Part shown: piece after piece, positions 52,775 through 55,350 of the stretch | Numbering within the stretch: position 1 is the stretch's first letter | Layout of the letters: every line of letters starts with the position of its first letter | NCBI GenBank assembly: GCA_038046345.1 | Contig: JBBSWJ010000029.1 | Span: forward strand, 1 to 55,350 | Direction of reading: 5' to 3' | Origin: Nanobdellota archaeon | Lineage (GTDB): Archaea; Nanobdellota; Nanobdellia; SCGC-AAA011-G17; JACPNG01 | DNA: 55,350 nucleotides | Translations under genes and position numbers: made by a program | Notes under the pieces: model-generated | The model's input: the letters and a program-made list of their open reading frames with translations, nothing else | The model's database searches: none | Told to the model about the DNA's origin: nothing

Positions 52775-53958
52775 AGTTCAATTTCAAATAATGAGTTAGC
52801 TTCTTTAATCACTCGGTCTTCAAAACTTGCATTTTTTTCTCCATCCAGCTTTTCTAAGTTGAGGGTGTGCATAAGAGTTTGGGCAAATCTTTCAAAGTGT
52901 TCATTTTCAAGAGACGTAAGGTCTGCAGCGGCTAATAATTCTGTTTCTAATTCTTCTATGCTCTTTTCAGATACTTTAATTTGATCATAATCTCTTGATT
53001 GTAGTTTTGTTGTGTTTCTTAATATGACATAAGCTTTAGATAATAATTCATAGATATGCACAAAATTTATATCACTAATCTTCCCGCTTGCCAGCTCACC
53101 ATGAATTCGTATTAATACTATTTTATCTTCAATGCCGTCAGCATTGCTAACTATCTCATGAGTAACTTCTTCAGGAGTTTTGTTATTTGCCTCAATATTA
53201 ATACAGTGTACAATCTTCGTGGTTATTGGTATATACTTTAAATTAAACTTATCATCTGCAATGTACATACCGCCTGTCTTAAACTCTTCAAGTTCCTTAA
53301 AAGAATTTGGGAATAGTGCTCCTGGGAAGGCTATTAAAGATTTTTGTTCTTTATGGTTGAATATGTAATGAATATGCCCACCACCATAATAACTAAAATT
53401 CTTAGGCAACATGCTCCTTGGAGATGATTCCATTTTTTCTTTGAGATCTAAAGGCATGAATTCATAAATTCCTGTATGAAATAGAAATATCTTAAAGCCG
53501 TCTTCTTTCTCAAGGTTAATCTTATTGATATCTTTTAATTCAAATTTTTCTAAACCACCCTTTTTACCATAAAATCCAGCTAATTTAACCCCGGTTTTTT
53601 TGTCTATAACAAAATCAAGTTCATTCTTGTTTTTGTATTTCATAACATTGATCAGCAACCCAGCTTCCTCAAACACATCAAGCATTGTTTTCCCTGCAGC
53701 AGAAAAATCGTGGCTTCCAGGTATTGCGTAAACAGGAATACCATGATCATTAACTTTTTTTAAAATCCTCGCAGTATCCTTTACAATGTCTATTGGTGGT
53801 ATTGCTGTGTTAAACAAATCGCCGGCTATTAGTATAAAGTCTAGCTTATTCTCAATGCACAGCTTAATTGCAGTTTCAAATGCTTGCAAACCTAAGGTTG
53901 TTAGTTTTTTATCTTTCCAACCACCTAAATGAACGTCTGATAAATGAGCAAATTCCAT
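52771..53958 (-). CDS. mre11: Mre11 nuclease
   Basis: Phosphoesterase motifs HLSDVHLG, IAGDLFN, PGSHD and GGGHIH. Confidence 0.9.
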   Translation of the reverse strand: MEFAHLSDVHLGGWKDKKLTTLGLQAFETAIKLCIENKLDFILIAGDLFNTAIPPIDIVKDTARILKKVNDHGIPVYAIPGSHDFSAAGKTMLDVFEEAGLLINVMKYKNKNELDFVIDKKTGVKLAGFYGKKGGLEKFELKDINKINLEKEDGFKIFLFHTGIYEFMPLDLKEKMESSPRSMLPKNFSYYGGGHIHYIFNHKEQKSLIAFPGALFPNSFKELEEFKTGGMYIADDKFNLKYIPITTKIVHCINIEANNKTPEEVTHEIVSNADGIEDKIVLIRIHGELASGKISDINFVHIYELLSKAYVILRNTTKLQSRDYDQIKVSEKSIEELETELLAAADLTSLENEHFERFAQTLMHTLNLEKLDGEKNASFEDRVIKEANSLFEIEL

Positions 53959-53999
53959 AGATGTTTTAGAATAAAAATTACTTATAATGATTTAGCAAT

Positions 54000-55331
54000 T
54001 CAAATGGATATCTTCTGCGCGTTCTTCATAACATGCAGCGTTTTCCCAGTTTCATAGCCCATATTACTAGCAAGGTTTTTTATACCATCATACATCTTGT
54101 GATATCCGTGCGTTGGAACTATGAATTCTGGTTTTGTTAATTTAATCAGATCTCTTATGTCTTCTATTGAGCAATGTCCTGATACATGGGCATCTTTAAA
54201 TAATCTTACACCACGCTGCTTTAATGTTTCTTCTAATATTTTACGATTTTCTATGTTTATAGGCACTGGAATAGTTCTATTTGAAAATATTACATGATCT
54301 TCTTGCAAAAATTTAAAATCGAGCTCTTGTTTTGCAATCCTGCTTAATACTGCATTTGATTCACCTTGACCGCCGGTGCAGATAACCAGATATTTGCTTC
54401 TTTTTTTCTCAACTTCTTTTAATACTTTTTTGATTTGCTTTCCAGCATATAGCCTTGCATGCGGGAATTCAACTAATTTAAGTCTTTCAGCTGCTGATAT
54501 ATACTTAAGCATACTTCGTCCTAAAAATACTACTTGTCTGTCAAGTTTACGCCCAAAATCATATATTGATTTTAGTCTTGCTATATGACTTGCAAATGTA
54601 GTTGCAAACAATGCACTTGAACTATTATCTGTCCCAAGCATTACCTCTTTGAGCAGCTCTTTTGCTACGACCTCACTGGGAGTTTTTCCTTCTGTGTTTG
54701 AATAAAGTGAGTTTGATATTAAACACCTTACATTATTACTACCAAGCTCTTTTAACCTTTTTACATTTGGTTTCTTGCCAACTACAGGTGTTGAATCAAA
54801 CTTATAATCATTTGCGTACAACACGGTTCCCTCAGGTGTATGGATAGCAACTATTGCGCACTGAAGTGTTGAATGAGTAATGTGTATAAGCTCTATAGAT
54901 AATTTTTTAGTGATCTCTATTTGTGAGTTTGGACTGATAGATTTTCTTATATTTTTTAGCGGGATTCTATCTTCTTTAATGGCATTATTAAGCACTGCTA
55001 TTGTGTATGGTGTACCGATTATTGCAGCATGTGGATAACTTTTTGCAAGCCATGGAACAGCTCCGATATGGTCTAAATGGCAATGGCTTAATACTATTGC
55101 TTTTACCTGCTCTCTAAAACTTAATAAGATAGTATCATCTGGCAGGGCGCCCAATCCTATGAATTCTTCCCTTGATAAAAGTCTTCTGCTTTTATTTCCT
55201 TCCTCATAGTCTATCACCGCCGGCAAAAAAAAACCCATGTCTAATAGGATAATTTCATCATTATATCGTATGGCAGTCATATTTTTTCCAACTTCTGTAA
55301 AGCCACCAATCGGGATTACCTCTATAGTCAT
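54000..55331 (-). CDS. rnj: Archaeal RNase J (metallo-beta-lactamase/beta-CASP ribonuclease)
   Basis: IPIGGFTEVGKNMTAIRY..IILLDMGFFLP is the RNase J N-terminal pattern. LSHCHLDHIGAVPWL carries HxHxDH. The length of 443 aa and the absence of KH domains also fit. Confidence 0.8.
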   Translation of the reverse strand: MTIEVIPIGGFTEVGKNMTAIRYNDEIILLDMGFFLPAVIDYEEGNKSRRLLSREEFIGLGALPDDTILLSFREQVKAIVLSHCHLDHIGAVPWLAKSYPHAAIIGTPYTIAVLNNAIKEDRIPLKNIRKSISPNSQIEITKKLSIELIHITHSTLQCAIVAIHTPEGTVLYANDYKFDSTPVVGKKPNVKRLKELGSNNVRCLISNSLYSNTEGKTPSEVVAKELLKEVMLGTDNSSSALFATTFASHIARLKSIYDFGRKLDRQVVFLGRSMLKYISAAERLKLVEFPHARLYAGKQIKKVLKEVEKKRSKYLVICTGGQGESNAVLSRIAKQELDFKFLQEDHVIFSNRTIPVPINIENRKILEETLKQRGVRLFKDAHVSGHCSIEDIRDLIKLTKPEFIVPTHGYHKMYDGIKNLASNMGYETGKTLHVMKNAQKISI

Positions 55332-55350
55332 TATAATGTTTAAAAAAATT

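Noticed and set aside
1-55350. CRISPR arrays, rRNA genes, transposases or IS elements, and stop-codon reassignment
   Set aside because: I saw no regularly spaced short repeats, no rRNA-like conserved blocks and no DDE or serine/tyrosine recombinase motifs. TAA, TAG and TGA all terminate well-supported genes (for example 680 TAA, 43099 TAG and 34799 TGA).

Overview
AT-rich archaeal chromosome segment, most consistent with a small-genome DPANN-type archaeon. That assignment is an inference from these features: a ribosomal stalk operon L1-P0-P1, Mre11-Rad50, archaeal RNase J, an RNase P RNA, and four tRNAs. Two of the tRNAs carry anticodon-loop introns, and tRNA-Tyr has the archaeal/eukaryal C1-G72 pair. 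TATA boxes sit about 25 nt upstream of many ATGs. I support about 60 protein genes, 4 tRNAs and 1 RNase P RNA. No CRISPR array, rRNA or transposase is visible. The window is dominated by cell-envelope biology. (1) At the left edge, a 3,033-bp tandem duplication carries a two-gene cassette (133-aa two-TM protein plus a ~780-aa heavily sequon-laden surface protein), with an abrupt drop in identity. (2) A seven-gene same-strand envelope operon encodes an ArnE/ArnF-like flippase pair, a SpoIIM-like protein, a tandem paralog pair, an anchored surface protein and a GT-A glycosyltransferase. (3) A radical-SAM gene is translationally coupled to a miniature exosortase/archaeosortase-family gene, and several surface proteins in the window end in a TM segment plus basic tail. 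Two of these, plus a third more loosely, share an LVWVI-like tail motif. (4) Two distant paralogs encode large, signal-peptide-bearing, beta-rich secreted proteins of unknown function. (5) A translationally coupled DoxX-VKOR/Trx-CcdA module lies beside a C39-like peptidase and an exported thioredoxin. Accessory elements include a reverse-order AbiEii/AbiEi pair and an orphan NuoB between two tRNA-Ser genes. There is also a class-II Fic gene whose TATA box is bracketed by a perfect 9-bp inverted repeat, and a bacterial-type Bro-N gene flanked by 14-bp direct repeats next to tRNA-Tyr. All functional calls come from motif recognition by eye. No database search was run.
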